64,000 bases of DNA from Candidatus Spongiisociaceae bacterium (GCA_965262915.1 OZ253564.1:3136001-3200000), one strand, 5' to 3'; positions 20,659-33,237 are shown, counted from the first letter of the stretch. Notes: generated by a model not told the origin, from the sequence alone. Made by a program: numbers and translations.

Positions 20659-21405
20659 GTGGCTCCTCCCCGAGCTTTCCTCGACCACCTCCGCTCGGAG
20701 GGTTACAACCCACGTTCCAACAAGCACTCCAATTCACTGGCCAACGCGATCGTCGATGACCTGATTGCCAATTGCCCGGCGATGGCTGAACCGGCCGCCG
20801 CGGGCCGGTTGGTCTACTCCTTGAACTTCAACCTCGGGTATCGAACCTCAACCTGGAACGTCGACCTAGTCCTCGGCACGCCGCCGGCTGGTACGCCTCC
20901 GCCCACCAATGGGCCCATCCGAACGACGAGCCCCGCAACGGTCCAGATCGCCATCGAGATCAAGAGCGTCATGACAGAACATCGGAAGGCCGTGAAGAAC
21001 CGGAAACGAGACCTCGAAGCTCATCACGAGCACACCCACAACTATTCGGCCCTCACTATCGCGGGCGGTGTGATGGTCATCAATGCCTCGCCAACGTTCA
21101 AATCGCCCCTCCGTACTGCAACAACGTCACACAAGAACCCTCGCGCGCTTGTAAGGCACTGTGTGAACGAGATGCGGAACGTCAGTATCCGCAGCGGAAG
21201 GACCGGACACGGCTTGGACGCCGGCACAGCTCTGGTGCTGTCCATGGACAATCTCGATTTCGAATCAACCGCCTTTGTGGATACCGATCCGGCGCCGACC
21301 GTAGAAGATCCGCTGCACTACGACTCGTTCATCCAGCGCATGTGCAACGAATACGGGTCCAGATTCCCAGGACCGAACACCCTTGCTCCCGGAGTCCGGG
21401 ACTGA
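20659..21405 (+). CDS. Putative type II restriction endonuclease (PD-(D/E)xK fold), family unassigned
   Basis: 'VDLVLG...IAIEIKS' catalytic-like motif; starts 3 nt after the MTase stop. Confidence 0.6.
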   Translation: MAPPRAFLDHLRSEGYNPRSNKHSNSLANAIVDDLIANCPAMAEPAAAGRLVYSLNFNLGYRTSTWNVDLVLGTPPAGTPPPTNGPIRTTSPATVQIAIEIKSVMTEHRKAVKNRKRDLEAHHEHTHNYSALTIAGGVMVINASPTFKSPLRTATTSHKNPRALVRHCVNEMRNVSIRSGRTGHGLDAGTALVLSMDNLDFESTAFVDTDPAPTVEDPLHYDSFIQRMCNEYGSRFPGPNTLAPGVRD

Positions 21406-21413
21406 CTCGGGAC

Positions 21414-22358
21414 TCAGAAGAGCGCAGTTTGCTCGGAGTGAGGGGACTCGACTTTCTCGCGTTGCGGATCGCTCAGGATTGCGTTGACCTGGTTCACCGA
21501 GGCAACCGGTAGGGCGCCTTTCTGTTCGAGTGCCTCGTTTCCGGGACCCTCGCCCGACCCCCTCCATACCGCTACTCGACAGTAGTTGCCCTTCAGCGCT
21601 TCGGTCGCACCAGACCAGGTACCTCCTGAACCGCGATCGGCTGCCACCGCCACGGTGACTGCCGAGAGCGCGTATATCAGTTTATTGCGGCCTATGGCGT
21701 TGCCGACGCTAAACGGTGAGTTAGGTGCGTAGGGAGTACACACCACGGTGCGACCGCCGTAGACCGCCCGACGTACGTCGGGAGCCCTCAGGGTGCGGAT
21801 GAGCGACTGTGCAGGGATTCCGACGACCGTTCCACCGGCTTGGAAGGCCGAGTCCATGGCGAGCTGGTCCACCCCGCGGGCGGCACCCGATACGAGCGGC
21901 ACGCCGAGCGAGGCTGCGCATCGGCCCAGGAGCCGGGCAACTTCGGCGCCCTTCTGGCTCACGTTGCGGCTTCCCACTACTCCAATCCCCGGCTCGTTGA
22001 GGAGTTCGAGGGCACCGGCGACATGGAGGATCGCCGGTGCCTTGGACCCGAGGCGTGCGCGAAGTCGTTGGGGGTAGAAATCGTCAAACGGAGTGAGCGT
22101 CGCTATCCCGGACTGATCGAGTCGTTCCAACTGGAAGGCCATCGCAGTAGCGCGCCCAAGGAGTTCGCCCATCCGACCTGCCACTTCTGCTGTCAACCCG
22201 GAGTCGATCAGATCATCTTTGGTTTGTGAGAGAAGGTCGCCCGGGGCTGGTACCTGTTCGACCAACTTCCAGAATTCCGAAGCTTTGAGCGGAACGGCTC
22301 CATCCTTTGCGATCCGGCTCACGAGCAGAATGGTCGCCAGCGAGTCATCATTCCTCAT
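21414..22358 (-). CDS. DprA/Smf (SLOG) protein, PsyrA/RqlI-like antitoxin
   Basis: 'YPQRL', 'GVVGSR', 'VSGAARGVD', 'RNKLIYALS', 'SGGTWSGA'; coupled to the helicase gene. Confidence 0.88.
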   Translation of the reverse strand: MRNDDSLATILLVSRIAKDGAVPLKASEFWKLVEQVPAPGDLLSQTKDDLIDSGLTAEVAGRMGELLGRATAMAFQLERLDQSGIATLTPFDDFYPQRLRARLGSKAPAILHVAGALELLNEPGIGVVGSRNVSQKGAEVARLLGRCAASLGVPLVSGAARGVDQLAMDSAFQAGGTVVGIPAQSLIRTLRAPDVRRAVYGGRTVVCTPYAPNSPFSVGNAIGRNKLIYALSAVTVAVAADRGSGGTWSGATEALKGNYCRVAVWRGSGEGPGNEALEQKGALPVASVNQVNAILSDPQREKVESPHSEQTALF

Positions 22359-24427
22359 CTAACGGACCTTCCCGCCGTATCGGCCAGCGCGAGCGGGTAG
22401 ACCGGTCCGGATCCTGCCTCCTGCAGCTGCCATCCGATTGCCGTCATTGTCCAACGGGAGTCCACGATGTCATCGATCAGCAAGACCGGTCCCGAAGGTA
22501 CCGGTTGGCGGACCCTGAAGGTGCCTTTGACATTGGCATATTGCTGCTCGATGTTTTGCATCGTTCTCTGAGGTGGGATTTCCCGGACTTTGGTCACCAC
22601 ATCTTTGCACGCCAGATTCAGGCACTCCGCCAGACGCACCGCAAAATGAGACACCAGATCCGGGTTACGGAGCGATGGAACGAATGTAACCCACTCGGGT
22701 GTCCTGTCCCCCCACCATCGTCGTCGGATCAACTGTGCAGCGGCGCTGACCAGACGATCGTCGAAACGCCCGTCTGTCTGCCTCCCTCGGCGGACGAGGC
22801 CCGACCAGCCTCCGTCACCCCACACAGATAGGGCACGACCGACTTGGAGGATACGGTCTGGGCCGATCCGACCGGCGCCGGGTATCAGCTTACGAGGCTG
22901 GATCGAGTGCTCCGAGGCGCGAATGTGCTCGGCTGCCTCTCTCACGTCCCGTGGATCGAGATCGACTGGTAGACGGTCCCCGGTGCAGATATCGCATATG
23001 CCGCACGGTTGCTGGGCGATGTCGTCGAGGAACCGGCGCAGGAGGGTCATGCGACATTGCTCGGTCGACATGTATTGCAGCATCTGGTTCTGCTCCGACC
23101 TTCGCAGCGCAGTGACGGCTTTCATGCGATCGCGGTCATACGACCATGGGCGTAATGTGCGGCGCCAACCTCTTCCCTCCCGTTCCACAGCGCCGTCGAC
23201 CTCCAAGATCTTCAGCAGCTGATTCAGTTGGCCCCATTTGATGTTCACGTCGCGGAGCAACTCCGCCGAAGACATCGGCTCCGCCCTATCTTGGAGAAGC
23301 TTCACCACCTCTGTTGCAAGATCCACCGGTGGGAAAGCCCCTTCGATGAAATAATCCTGGATCTCTCGATCTTCGGATCCGCTTAGAAGGATTCCCCATG
23401 ACCTGTCCAATTGCCGACCGGCTCGTCCAACCTGCTGGTAGTAGGCGATCGGGGATCCTGGTGACTGATAGTGGATCACGAAGGCTAGATCGGGCTTATC
23501 GAAGCCCATCCCGAGGGCCGAGGTAGCTACCACCACCTTGCGCTCGTTAGCCAGCAGTTCCTGCTCGATGGTGAGCCTTAGCTCCTTATCGGTACTTCCG
23601 CTGTACGCGACCGCGTCGATACCTCTCGATTGGAGCCAGGATGCCAGGCGGATGGTGTCCCGGATGGTCAGGCAGTAAATGACACCTGTCCCCTCCAGCT
23701 TGGGGATGAGATCGGCAAGCCAGGCCAAACGAGTTCTCGGAGACGGCATAGGGAGCGCATGTAGCCGGAGGCCTTCTCGACCCAGCGGACCCCTTAACGG
23801 CACAAGCTCGGAGCCGAGTTGTTGCTTCACGTCATCGACGACCCGGTCATTCGCGGTCGCCGTGCAACAGAGCACGGGTACTCCCCGCGACAGGAGGTCA
23901 AGTACTCGGACGATCCGGCGGTAGTCAGGACGGAAATCGTGTCCCCAGTCGGAAATGCAGTGGGCCTCGTCGATTACGAGAAGACCGCTTCGGCGACCGA
24001 CCGCAGGAAGTACTTCGGAACGGAACTTGGAGTTGGCTAGTCTCTCAGGGGAGATCAGCAACAGGTCGATTAGCCCGGCTTCGATTCTAGCATGAACCTC
24101 ATCCCATTCGTCCCGATTCGCGCTGTTGATGGTCGTGGCCCGTACACTCATGCGCTCGGCCGCCGCGATCTGGTTGCGCATCAGCGCTAACAGGGGTGAC
24201 ACCAATAACGTAGGTCCCGCACCTAGATCTCGGAGCAGCCGGGTGGCTATGAAATAGACTGCGCTCTTCCCCCACCCGGTGCGCTGTACCAGAAGTACCC
24301 TGCTGCGATCCCTAACGAGTGCCTGGATTGCCTCCAACTGGTGGGGTCGGAACTCGGCGTCGGATGAACCGGTGAGCTTGCGGAGCAGCAGAAGCGCTTC
24401 TTGATCGAATTGCGGTATCGAGATCAA
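22355..24427 (-). CDS. RecQ-family helicase with C-terminal phosphoribosyltransferase domain (RqlH/PsyrT-like)
   Basis: QRTGWGKS, DEAH, TATAN, ALGMGFDKPDL, YYQQVGRAGR, Zn motif C..CGICDIC, PRT motif LLIDDIVDSRWT; start TTG 24427 (AAGGA RBS) or GTG 24478. Confidence 0.92.
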   Translation of the reverse strand: MISIPQFDQEALLLLRKLTGSSDAEFRPHQLEAIQALVRDRSRVLLVQRTGWGKSAVYFIATRLLRDLGAGPTLLVSPLLALMRNQIAAAERMSVRATTINSANRDEWDEVHARIEAGLIDLLLISPERLANSKFRSEVLPAVGRRSGLLVIDEAHCISDWGHDFRPDYRRIVRVLDLLSRGVPVLCCTATANDRVVDDVKQQLGSELVPLRGPLGREGLRLHALPMPSPRTRLAWLADLIPKLEGTGVIYCLTIRDTIRLASWLQSRGIDAVAYSGSTDKELRLTIEQELLANERKVVVATSALGMGFDKPDLAFVIHYQSPGSPIAYYQQVGRAGRQLDRSWGILLSGSEDREIQDYFIEGAFPPVDLATEVVKLLQDRAEPMSSAELLRDVNIKWGQLNQLLKILEVDGAVEREGRGWRRTLRPWSYDRDRMKAVTALRRSEQNQMLQYMSTEQCRMTLLRRFLDDIAQQPCGICDICTGDRLPVDLDPRDVREAAEHIRASEHSIQPRKLIPGAGRIGPDRILQVGRALSVWGDGGWSGLVRRGRQTDGRFDDRLVSAAAQLIRRRWWGDRTPEWVTFVPSLRNPDLVSHFAVRLAECLNLACKDVVTKVREIPPQRTMQNIEQQYANVKGTFRVRQPVPSGPVLLIDDIVDSRWTMTAIGWQLQEAGSGPVYPLALADTAGRSVR

Positions 24428-24586
24428 GGAATTCCTTACGTTGCCTCCGAGACAACGTAACGTATACGTGTGACACAACCAAGCTTTGATCGTCTGACCA
24501 GACGACTCAACCTGCCATAGCTAGCTAAGAACTGCCGGGCATTCGCTCTAGGCCGATGATGTGAATCTGGCGATGGCGCTCGATCC

Positions 24587-24870
24587 CTAGCCGTCTGGAT
24601 CGCTTGAGAGCCTGGCCTGGTCGGCGAGGACGGTGACCGTGTTGTCGAAGATCTGGAGAAAACCACCGCCTACCTCCACACGAACTCGTTCCTCCGCTGT
24701 CTCGATCTCCACCGTGCCGGTGGCGAGGGCTGCCATAAGCGGTTCGTGGTGGGCGAGGATCCCGATCTCCCCGTCCACCGTCCGGGCTACCACGAAACCA
24801 GCCTCGCCTGACCACAGCACGGCCGCGGGTGATACCACGTCGACCCGCATGAGGGTGGTGGCGGTGACCA

Positions 24871-24871
<1 letters not shown>
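24587..24871 (-). CDS. atpC: ATP synthase F1 epsilon subunit (N-terminal domain only)
   Basis: 'VVSP...WSGEA..VVART.DGEIGILAHHEP', 'GGFL'; last gene of the atp operon. Confidence 0.93.
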
Positions 24872-27196
<2,325 letters not shown>

Positions 27197-27205
27197 TGCG
27201 GAGAG

Positions 27206-28738
27206 CTACTCCCCTCCCCCGAAAGCCTCCGTGAAGGCGGCGATGGCGACATCGAGATCGTCACCATTCGGGAGACTGCCGGTCCGCCGGATGCCTTCCA
27301 GCACGTGGGAGTGCCTGACCCGGACGAAGTCCCTCAATTCGTTCTCGGCCCGGGCGATATCCGCTACCGCTATCTGGTCGAAGTGACCGCGCGAGACCGC
27401 GTAGATGATCAGAACCTGTTCCTCGACCGGCACCGGCGCGTATTGCGGCTGCTTGAGGATCTCCACAACCCGGCGGCCCCGCTCCAGCTGAGCTAGCGAG
27501 ACGGCGTCGAGCTCGGAACCGAACTCTGCGAATGCCTCGAGTTCCCGGTACTGGGCGAGGTTCAGGCGCAGCGTTCCGGCCACCTTCTTCATGGCCTTCG
27601 TCTGGGCATTACCGCCCACACGGGAGACCGAGATACCGGCATTGATGGCGGGTCGGATACCGGCGAAGAACAGATCGGTCTCCAGGAAGATCTGGCCGTC
27701 GGTGATCGAGATCACGTTGGTGGGAATGTAGGCCGACACGTCGTTGGCCTTGGTCTCGATCAGAGGTAACCCGGTCAGAGATCCGCCACCCAGTTCGTCC
27801 GACAGCTTTGCGCAACGTTCCAGCAGACGGCTGTGCAAATAGAACACGTCTCCAGGGAAGGCTTCCCGACCGGGGGGGCGGCGCAGAAGGAGCGATATCT
27901 CGCGGTAGGCTACCGCCTGCTTGGTGAGGTCGTCGAATATGACCAGAGCATGCTGGCCGTTATACATCCAGTGCTGGCCGATCGCAGATCCTGCGTAGGG
28001 GGCGTACATCTGCAGGGCGGGGGGCGCCGAGGCCGCGGCGATCACGACCACGGTGTACTCCATGGCGCCCGCTTCCTCGAGGGAGGCAACCACCTCGGCA
28101 ACCGTGGACGCCCGCTGGCCGATGGCCACGTAGATGCACTTGACCTCGTTCGGGGTGCCCTGGAACTGCTTCTGGTTGATGATCGTGTCCACCACGATGG
28201 CGGTCTTGCCGGTCTGCCGGTCGCCGATGATGAGCTGGCGCTGGCCCTTGCCGATAGGGGTCATCGAGTCGATGGCCTTGATGCCGGTCTGTAGCGGCTC
28301 GTGCACCGGTTTGCGTTGGACTACCGACGGTGCCTGGACCTCAAGCAGTCGGCGCGGGTTCTGTGGGATATCCCCTTTGCCGTCCAGAGGTTGCCCTACG
28401 GGGTCAATCACCCGGCCGAGCAGAAAATCCCCGACCGGCACCGAGAGCACCCGGCCGGTCTGGTGTACCGTGTCGCCCTCCTCGATGTGGGCGGCTTCAC
28501 CCATCAGCACCACGCCCAGGTCCTGCTCGTCGAGGTTTAGCGTCACACCCAGCAGACCACCCGGAAACTCGAGCAATTCGGAGGCTGCGGCGTGAGGCAA
28601 TCCCGAAACCCGTGCCACGCCGTCGGCGACCGACGTGACGTAACCGACCGTCTCCTGCTCGAGGCTGGGCGACCAGTCCGCCACATGCTTGCGAAGCGCG
28701 GCGGTGATGTCCTCGGGACTAATCGTGAGTTGGGCCAT
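27206..28738 (-). CDS. atpA: ATP synthase F1 alpha subunit
   Basis: [37 protein letters not shown]. Confidence 0.99.
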   Translation of the reverse strand: MAQLTISPEDITAALRKHVADWSPSLEQETVGYVTSVADGVARVSGLPHAAASELLEFPGGLLGVTLNLDEQDLGVVLMGEAAHIEEGDTVHQTGRVLSVPVGDFLLGRVIDPVGQPLDGKGDIPQNPRRLLEVQAPSVVQRKPVHEPLQTGIKAIDSMTPIGKGQRQLIIGDRQTGKTAIVVDTIINQKQFQGTPNEVKCIYVAIGQRASTVAEVVASLEEAGAMEYTVVVIAAASAPPALQMYAPYAGSAIGQHWMYNGQHALVIFDDLTKQAVAYREISLLLRRPPGREAFPGDVFYLHSRLLERCAKLSDELGGGSLTGLPLIETKANDVSAYIPTNVISITDGQIFLETDLFFAGIRPAINAGISVSRVGGNAQTKAMKKVAGTLRLNLAQYRELEAFAEFGSELDAVSLAQLERGRRVVEILKQPQYAPVPVEEQVLIIYAVSRGHFDQIAVADIARAENELRDFVRVRHSHVLEGIRRTGSLPNGDDLDVAIAAFTEAFGGGE

Positions 28739-28776
28739 CGATATTCTCTCCTACGTCTCGGTTCATCCTCTAGTGG

Positions 28777-29310
28777 TCAGCCTGTCACTGCTTCACGCAG
28801 TTGCTCCAACCGCTTGCGTACCGAACCGTCGATCACGGTGTCGCCTACGCTCGCCACCAGACCGCCCAGGATCGACTCGTCTATCACGACCCGCACCTCT
28901 ACCTGGTTACCGATCCGGGCCGCCAGGGCGCCGGCCAAGCGTTCGACGGTGGCCTGGTCCAGCGGGATGGCGCTACGGACCTCGGCTACCGCGCGGTTTC
29001 TGGCTTGCGCCGAACGGATGGTGAACTCGTCGGCGATCTCGCTCAGGTCGCCACCCTTGCCGAGACCGACCGCGAAACTCACAAAGGCGGTGGTCAGTCG
29101 GTGGGCGCGGCCGCCCAGCAGATCGTCGATCACCGCTTGCTTGCGTTGCATGGGTAGCCGGTTGTCGCTCAGAGCGTCCTTCAGCTCGTCGGAACCTTCC
29201 ATGGCTCTGGCCAAACGAAACAGTTCGCCCTCGACGCGCTCCAGGACGCCCTCGCCCTGAGCCATCTCGAAGATGGCGGCGGCGTAACCCCGGATGGTCG
29301 CGTCGGCCAT
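28777..29310 (-). CDS. atpH: ATP synthase F1 delta subunit
   Basis: 'YAAAIF', 'SAIPL', 'IDESILGG...VGDTVIDGSV'. Confidence 0.95.
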   Translation of the reverse strand: MADATIRGYAAAIFEMAQGEGVLERVEGELFRLARAMEGSDELKDALSDNRLPMQRKQAVIDDLLGGRAHRLTTAFVSFAVGLGKGGDLSEIADEFTIRSAQARNRAVAEVRSAIPLDQATVERLAGALAARIGNQVEVRVVIDESILGGLVASVGDTVIDGSVRKRLEQLREAVTG

Positions 29311-29888
29311 CTAGTCGCCCGACTCCAGCTCCGCCAGATAGCTGTCGACCAATCCGAGCTGGGCTTGGCGATCCAGGCTCTGCCCGACAACCTTCTCGGC
29401 GAGATCGATCGAGAGGTTGGCCACCTGCAGGCGGGCGGCATCGAGAGCGCGCTCGGACTCGGCCCCAGCCTCGTCCCTGGCACGACTTACGATGTCGTCC
29501 GCTTCTTGCTGGGCTCTGGTGACCGTCTCCGCCCTCACCGCGTCGGCCGCCTGCCGAGCCTCTTCGACGATACGGGCTGCCTCTCCCCGGGCTCCCGCCA
29601 ATCGCTCCCGGTATTGAGAAGCCAGTTGCTCGGCCTCCTGCCGGGTGTTCTCGGCGGCTTCCAGCCGTGAACGTTCGGCTTCCTGTCGGCGGGCCAACGT
29701 GGTGCTGAGGGTCGGCACCACCCATCGCCAGATGAAGAAGAAGATGATGGCGAAAGCGATTATGCCCGCGATCAACTCCGACGTTTCCGGCAACAGCAAC
29801 CCGAGACCGCCGCTTTCCTCCCCGCCTTCTTCGGCCGCCAGCAGGAGCGGGGGCGCCGCCATCATGATCCGTGTATCGAGAGCCCTCA

Positions 29889-29889
<1 letters not shown>
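29311..29889 (-). CDS. atpF: ATP synthase Fo subunit b
   Basis: 'LLPETSELIAGIIAFAIIFFFIWRWVVP' TM then Ala/Glu/Arg coiled coil; start overlaps the atpE stop (alternative ATGs a few codons downstream). Confidence 0.93.
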
Positions 29890-30221
<332 letters not shown>

Positions 30222-31049
30222 TTAATGCGCCGGCTCCAGCGACGTTTGTATGTACACCGCAGAGAGCAGGGTGAAGATGTAGGCCTGAAGTACCGCCACC
30301 ACCACCTCGAAGACGAAGATCGCCAAACCGAAGGCGAACCAAACCACTCCTATTCCGGCCTTCGCCCCAATGTTCCCGATGTTGGCCACGAAGATGACAC
30401 CGGAAACCAGCAGGAGCGTGAGCATGAGGTGCCCCGCCACCATGTTGGCGAAGAGCCGCACTGCCAGGGTGATGGGGCGGAGTACGAATATCGACACCAC
30501 ATCGATAATTCCGACCAGCCACCGGAGCGCGATCGGTACGGACTTGGGCCAGATCGTGTCGATGAAGTAGTGCTTGAAGCCGTTCTTGGCGAACCCCACG
30601 ATGACGAACAGGACCCAGGTGACGATGGCGAGGAAACCGGGAAGTGCCATGCGGGAGGTGATCGGGAAGTTGACCAGCGGTGTTACCTCGAAGAGGTTCC
30701 CGACCAGTATGAAGAAGAAGAGCGATAGCAGGTACGGCAGGTACTTGGCACCGTGTTCAACTCCGATCACGCCCTTGGCGATGTCGTCACGTACGAACCC
30801 GACCAGGCTCTCGATCACCAACTCGAACTTGGAGGGAACCACCTGCTGGCGACGGAGCCCGAAGAAAAGCAAGCCAAGAACGATGAGCATCGCGGCGAAT
30901 ATCAGGAACACCGTACGGGTGAAGTGGAACCCGCCGATGGAAAACAGCGGCCTGGTGAACTCGAATAACTCGTTGACGTTGGAAGGAGCGCATATGACCT
31001 CGCCCTCGACGTCGCAACCTGCCACTGCCAGAATCGTCAAGTCACCCAC
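30222..31049 (-). CDS. atpB: ATP synthase Fo subunit a
   Basis: 'RPITLAVRLFANMVAGH', 'LQAYIFTLLSAVYI'. Confidence 0.97.
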   Translation of the reverse strand: MGDLTILAVAGCDVEGEVICAPSNVNELFEFTRPLFSIGGFHFTRTVFLIFAAMLIVLGLLFFGLRRQQVVPSKFELVIESLVGFVRDDIAKGVIGVEHGAKYLPYLLSLFFFILVGNLFEVTPLVNFPITSRMALPGFLAIVTWVLFVIVGFAKNGFKHYFIDTIWPKSVPIALRWLVGIIDVVSIFVLRPITLAVRLFANMVAGHLMLTLLLVSGVIFVANIGNIGAKAGIGVVWFAFGLAIFVFEVVVAVLQAYIFTLLSAVYIQTSLEPAH

Positions 31050-31506
31050 GCGACCGGGCTCTCCTTCCCTTAGTTCTTCCGAGTGCCACCGCCTCCCAGA
31101 GCAGCAAGCCGACGTAGGTGGCGATCACAGCCAGCCCGAGCGCCGTCCGATCAACCTCGAACAGGGAGATGACCGCCATCATCGTCGCCGCGATCAAACC
31201 GAGGCGCACGATGAACCCTAGGAGCGCACCGGCATGATAGGCCCCTAGCGACACCCTCGCCAACCACGACATCATGGAGCCGGTGAGCAGGTAGTACCCC
31301 GTAACGATCATCACCCCGATCGCGGCCGCCACCAAGCCGTCGAGGCCTCTGAGCAGACCGAAGAGGGCCAGCATGACCGGACCCACCACTACGGCCCGCC
31401 GGACGATGGACTGTGCCATGAGGAGTTCTACCGCAGGGCGACCGGCAATGTAACGCTCCACCTCCGAGCGTCCCAACCCCTGGGGACCGCGGGTCTCAGC
31501 GGACAC
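31042..31506 (-). CDS. atpI: ATP synthase protein I (4-TM accessory)
   Basis: Four hydrophobic helices; directly upstream of atpB. Confidence 0.75.
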   Translation of the reverse strand: MSAETRGPQGLGRSEVERYIAGRPAVELLMAQSIVRRAVVVGPVMLALFGLLRGLDGLVAAAIGVMIVTGYYLLTGSMMSWLARVSLGAYHAGALLGFIVRLGLIAATMMAVISLFEVDRTALGLAVIATYVGLLLWEAVALGRTKGRRARSRG

Positions 31507-31789
31507 TCACCCTCTGCTTCCCGGTTGGCCTTCTCCCCATTTCCCACATCCGGTAGAAGCCGTTCGCCGAACCGACGGTGATCCCGGCCACCAGAAGCCA
31601 CGGCTCCGTGTCGAGCCACCAGTCCGCCAGCCAGCCGAGCAGGGTTCCGGCCATGATCGAACCGAAGAAGGAACCCCCTGCGACCCAGCCGTCCGCAACG
31701 GCCGAGGTGACACCACGGTGCGCCGTCCGGACCGCATCCGCCGGGGCGGTGTCACCACTGGAGCCGCGCTGGCCAACTGACTCGGTCAT
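31496..31789 (-). CDS. AtpZ/AtpI family protein
   Basis: 'GTLLGWLADWWLDTEPWLLVAGITVG..GFYRMW' signature; TAGGGT-N7-ATG 31789. Confidence 0.85.
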   Translation of the reverse strand: MTESVGQRGSSGDTAPADAVRTAHRGVTSAVADGWVAGGSFFGSIMAGTLLGWLADWWLDTEPWLLVAGITVGSANGFYRMWEMGRRPTGKQRVSVR

Positions 31790-31807
31790 CACCGGCACCC
31801 TACAAGA

Positions 31808-31825
31808 TTGTGATTAGTTTCACAA
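31808..31825. promoter_or_regulatory. Rex-like operator (also fits CRP TGTGA-N6-TCACA) in the atp promoter
   Basis: TTGTGATTAGTTTCACAA, one mismatch to TTGTGAA-N4-TTCACAA, 5 nt upstream of the -10 hexamer at 31797-31802. Confidence 0.7.
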
Positions 31826-31863
31826 GCTTTCCTGCCGCCCTGGCGTTACCGAAGGTTGAACGA

Positions 31864-33135
31864 TCAGACATGGCCCGGGAAGCCCGGCGGGTACGGAGGG
31901 AAGTCCTCGACCAAGGCCGCCACGTCACGCTGTACCGCTTCCAGTTCATCCTGGTCGGACCGGTTTCGCAGGGCTCGGGCGATCAGGTCCGCCACATGGG
32001 CCGCCTCCGCCTCCTTCATGCCGCAGGTCGTGATTCCGGGGGTCCCGATCCTGAGCCCGCTGGTGATGAACGGCGGGCGAGGGTCGAAGGGGATCCCGTT
32101 GCGATTGAGAGTGATACCGATCGAGTCGAGCAGGGCCGATGCTTCCTTCCCGGTCAGATCCTCGTCGATGGATCGCATGTCCAGCAGCAAGAGGTGATTG
32201 TCGGTTCCGCCTGACACGACCCGTACTCCCCGGGCCGCCAACGCGTCGGCCATGGCCGACGCGTTGGCGATGATCTGGGCGGCGTACGCCTGGAACTCCA
32301 CGGTGGAAGCCTCGTGGAAACACACCGCCTTCCCCGCTATCTGGTTGATGATCGGACCGCCCTGCATGTCGGGGAAGACAGACTTGTTGAGCCCGGCCCC
32401 GTACCCTTCCTTGGCCATGATCAGGCCGCCGCGGGGACCCCGCAAGGCCTTGTGGGTGGTGGCCGTGACGATATCGGCGATGGGCGTCGGATTGGGCATC
32501 GCCCTGCCGGCCACCAGACCGATGAAGTGGGCTGCGTCCACCATGAAGAGAGCACCCACTTCGTCGGCGATGGAACGGAAGGCCTGGTAGTCGAGGTGAC
32601 GCGAGTAGGCCGAATACCCGGCCAGGACGATTCTGGGCCGGTGCGCGAGCGCCTTGGCTCGTACCTCGTCCATGTCGATGGTTTCGGTGTGGCGGTCCAC
32701 TCCGTAGGCGATGAAGCGGTAGAGACGTCCAGAGAAGTTGACCGGTGAGCCGTGGGTGAGGTGACCTCCCTCGGCAAGGCTCAGCCCGAGCACGGTGTCT
32801 CCCGGCTCGAGGTGCGCGAAGTAGACCCCCATGTTGGCCTGGGCCCCGGAATGGGGCTGGACGTTGACGTATTCGGCACCGAAGAGCGACTTCGCCCGGT
32901 CGATGGCCAGGCTCTCGAGCAGATCGACCACCTGGCAGCCCTCGTAGTAGCGCCGGCCGGGGTATCCCTCCGCATACTTGTTGGTGTAGATGGATCCGCA
33001 GGCCTGCATGACCGCGGGGGAGGCGAAGTTCTCCGAAGCGATCAGGTGGATATGGGTGTTCTGGCGGTGCACGTCTGCCCCGATGAGATCGGCTACCGCT
33101 CCGTCCACCTGCTCGATGGGTCGCATGTCGGTCAT
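31864..33135 (-). CDS. glyA: Serine hydroxymethyltransferase
   Basis: LIASENF, NKYAEGYPGRRYY, GGHLTHG, TTHKALRGPRGG, SGGTDNHL, TSGLRIGT. Confidence 0.99.
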   Translation of the reverse strand: MTDMRPIEQVDGAVADLIGADVHRQNTHIHLIASENFASPAVMQACGSIYTNKYAEGYPGRRYYEGCQVVDLLESLAIDRAKSLFGAEYVNVQPHSGAQANMGVYFAHLEPGDTVLGLSLAEGGHLTHGSPVNFSGRLYRFIAYGVDRHTETIDMDEVRAKALAHRPRIVLAGYSAYSRHLDYQAFRSIADEVGALFMVDAAHFIGLVAGRAMPNPTPIADIVTATTHKALRGPRGGLIMAKEGYGAGLNKSVFPDMQGGPIINQIAGKAVCFHEASTVEFQAYAAQIIANASAMADALAARGVRVVSGGTDNHLLLLDMRSIDEDLTGKEASALLDSIGITLNRNGIPFDPRPPFITSGLRIGTPGITTCGMKEAEAAHVADLIARALRNRSDQDELEAVQRDVAALVEDFPPYPPGFPGHV

Positions 33136-33182
33136 GCCCGTGACCTCCGTTGTCGGCTACCAACCGGCAGCGTAGCCCGTAT

Positions 33183-33231
33183 TCGGTGGCCGGTGGTTGG
33201 TGGCGGGTGACCAGTGGCCGGTAGCCGGTGG
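33183..33231. repeat. Degenerate heptamer tandem repeat (7 units, consensus CCGGTGG) in the glyA leader
   Basis: tcggtgg ccggtgg ttggtgg cgggtga ccagtgg ccggtag ccggtgg. Confidence 0.8.
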
Positions 33232-33237
33232 TTGGGT

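Noticed and set aside
28770-28778. CTAGTGGTC between atpH and atpA as a fifth family A copy
   Set aside because: Only 9 bp match and there is no second terminus.
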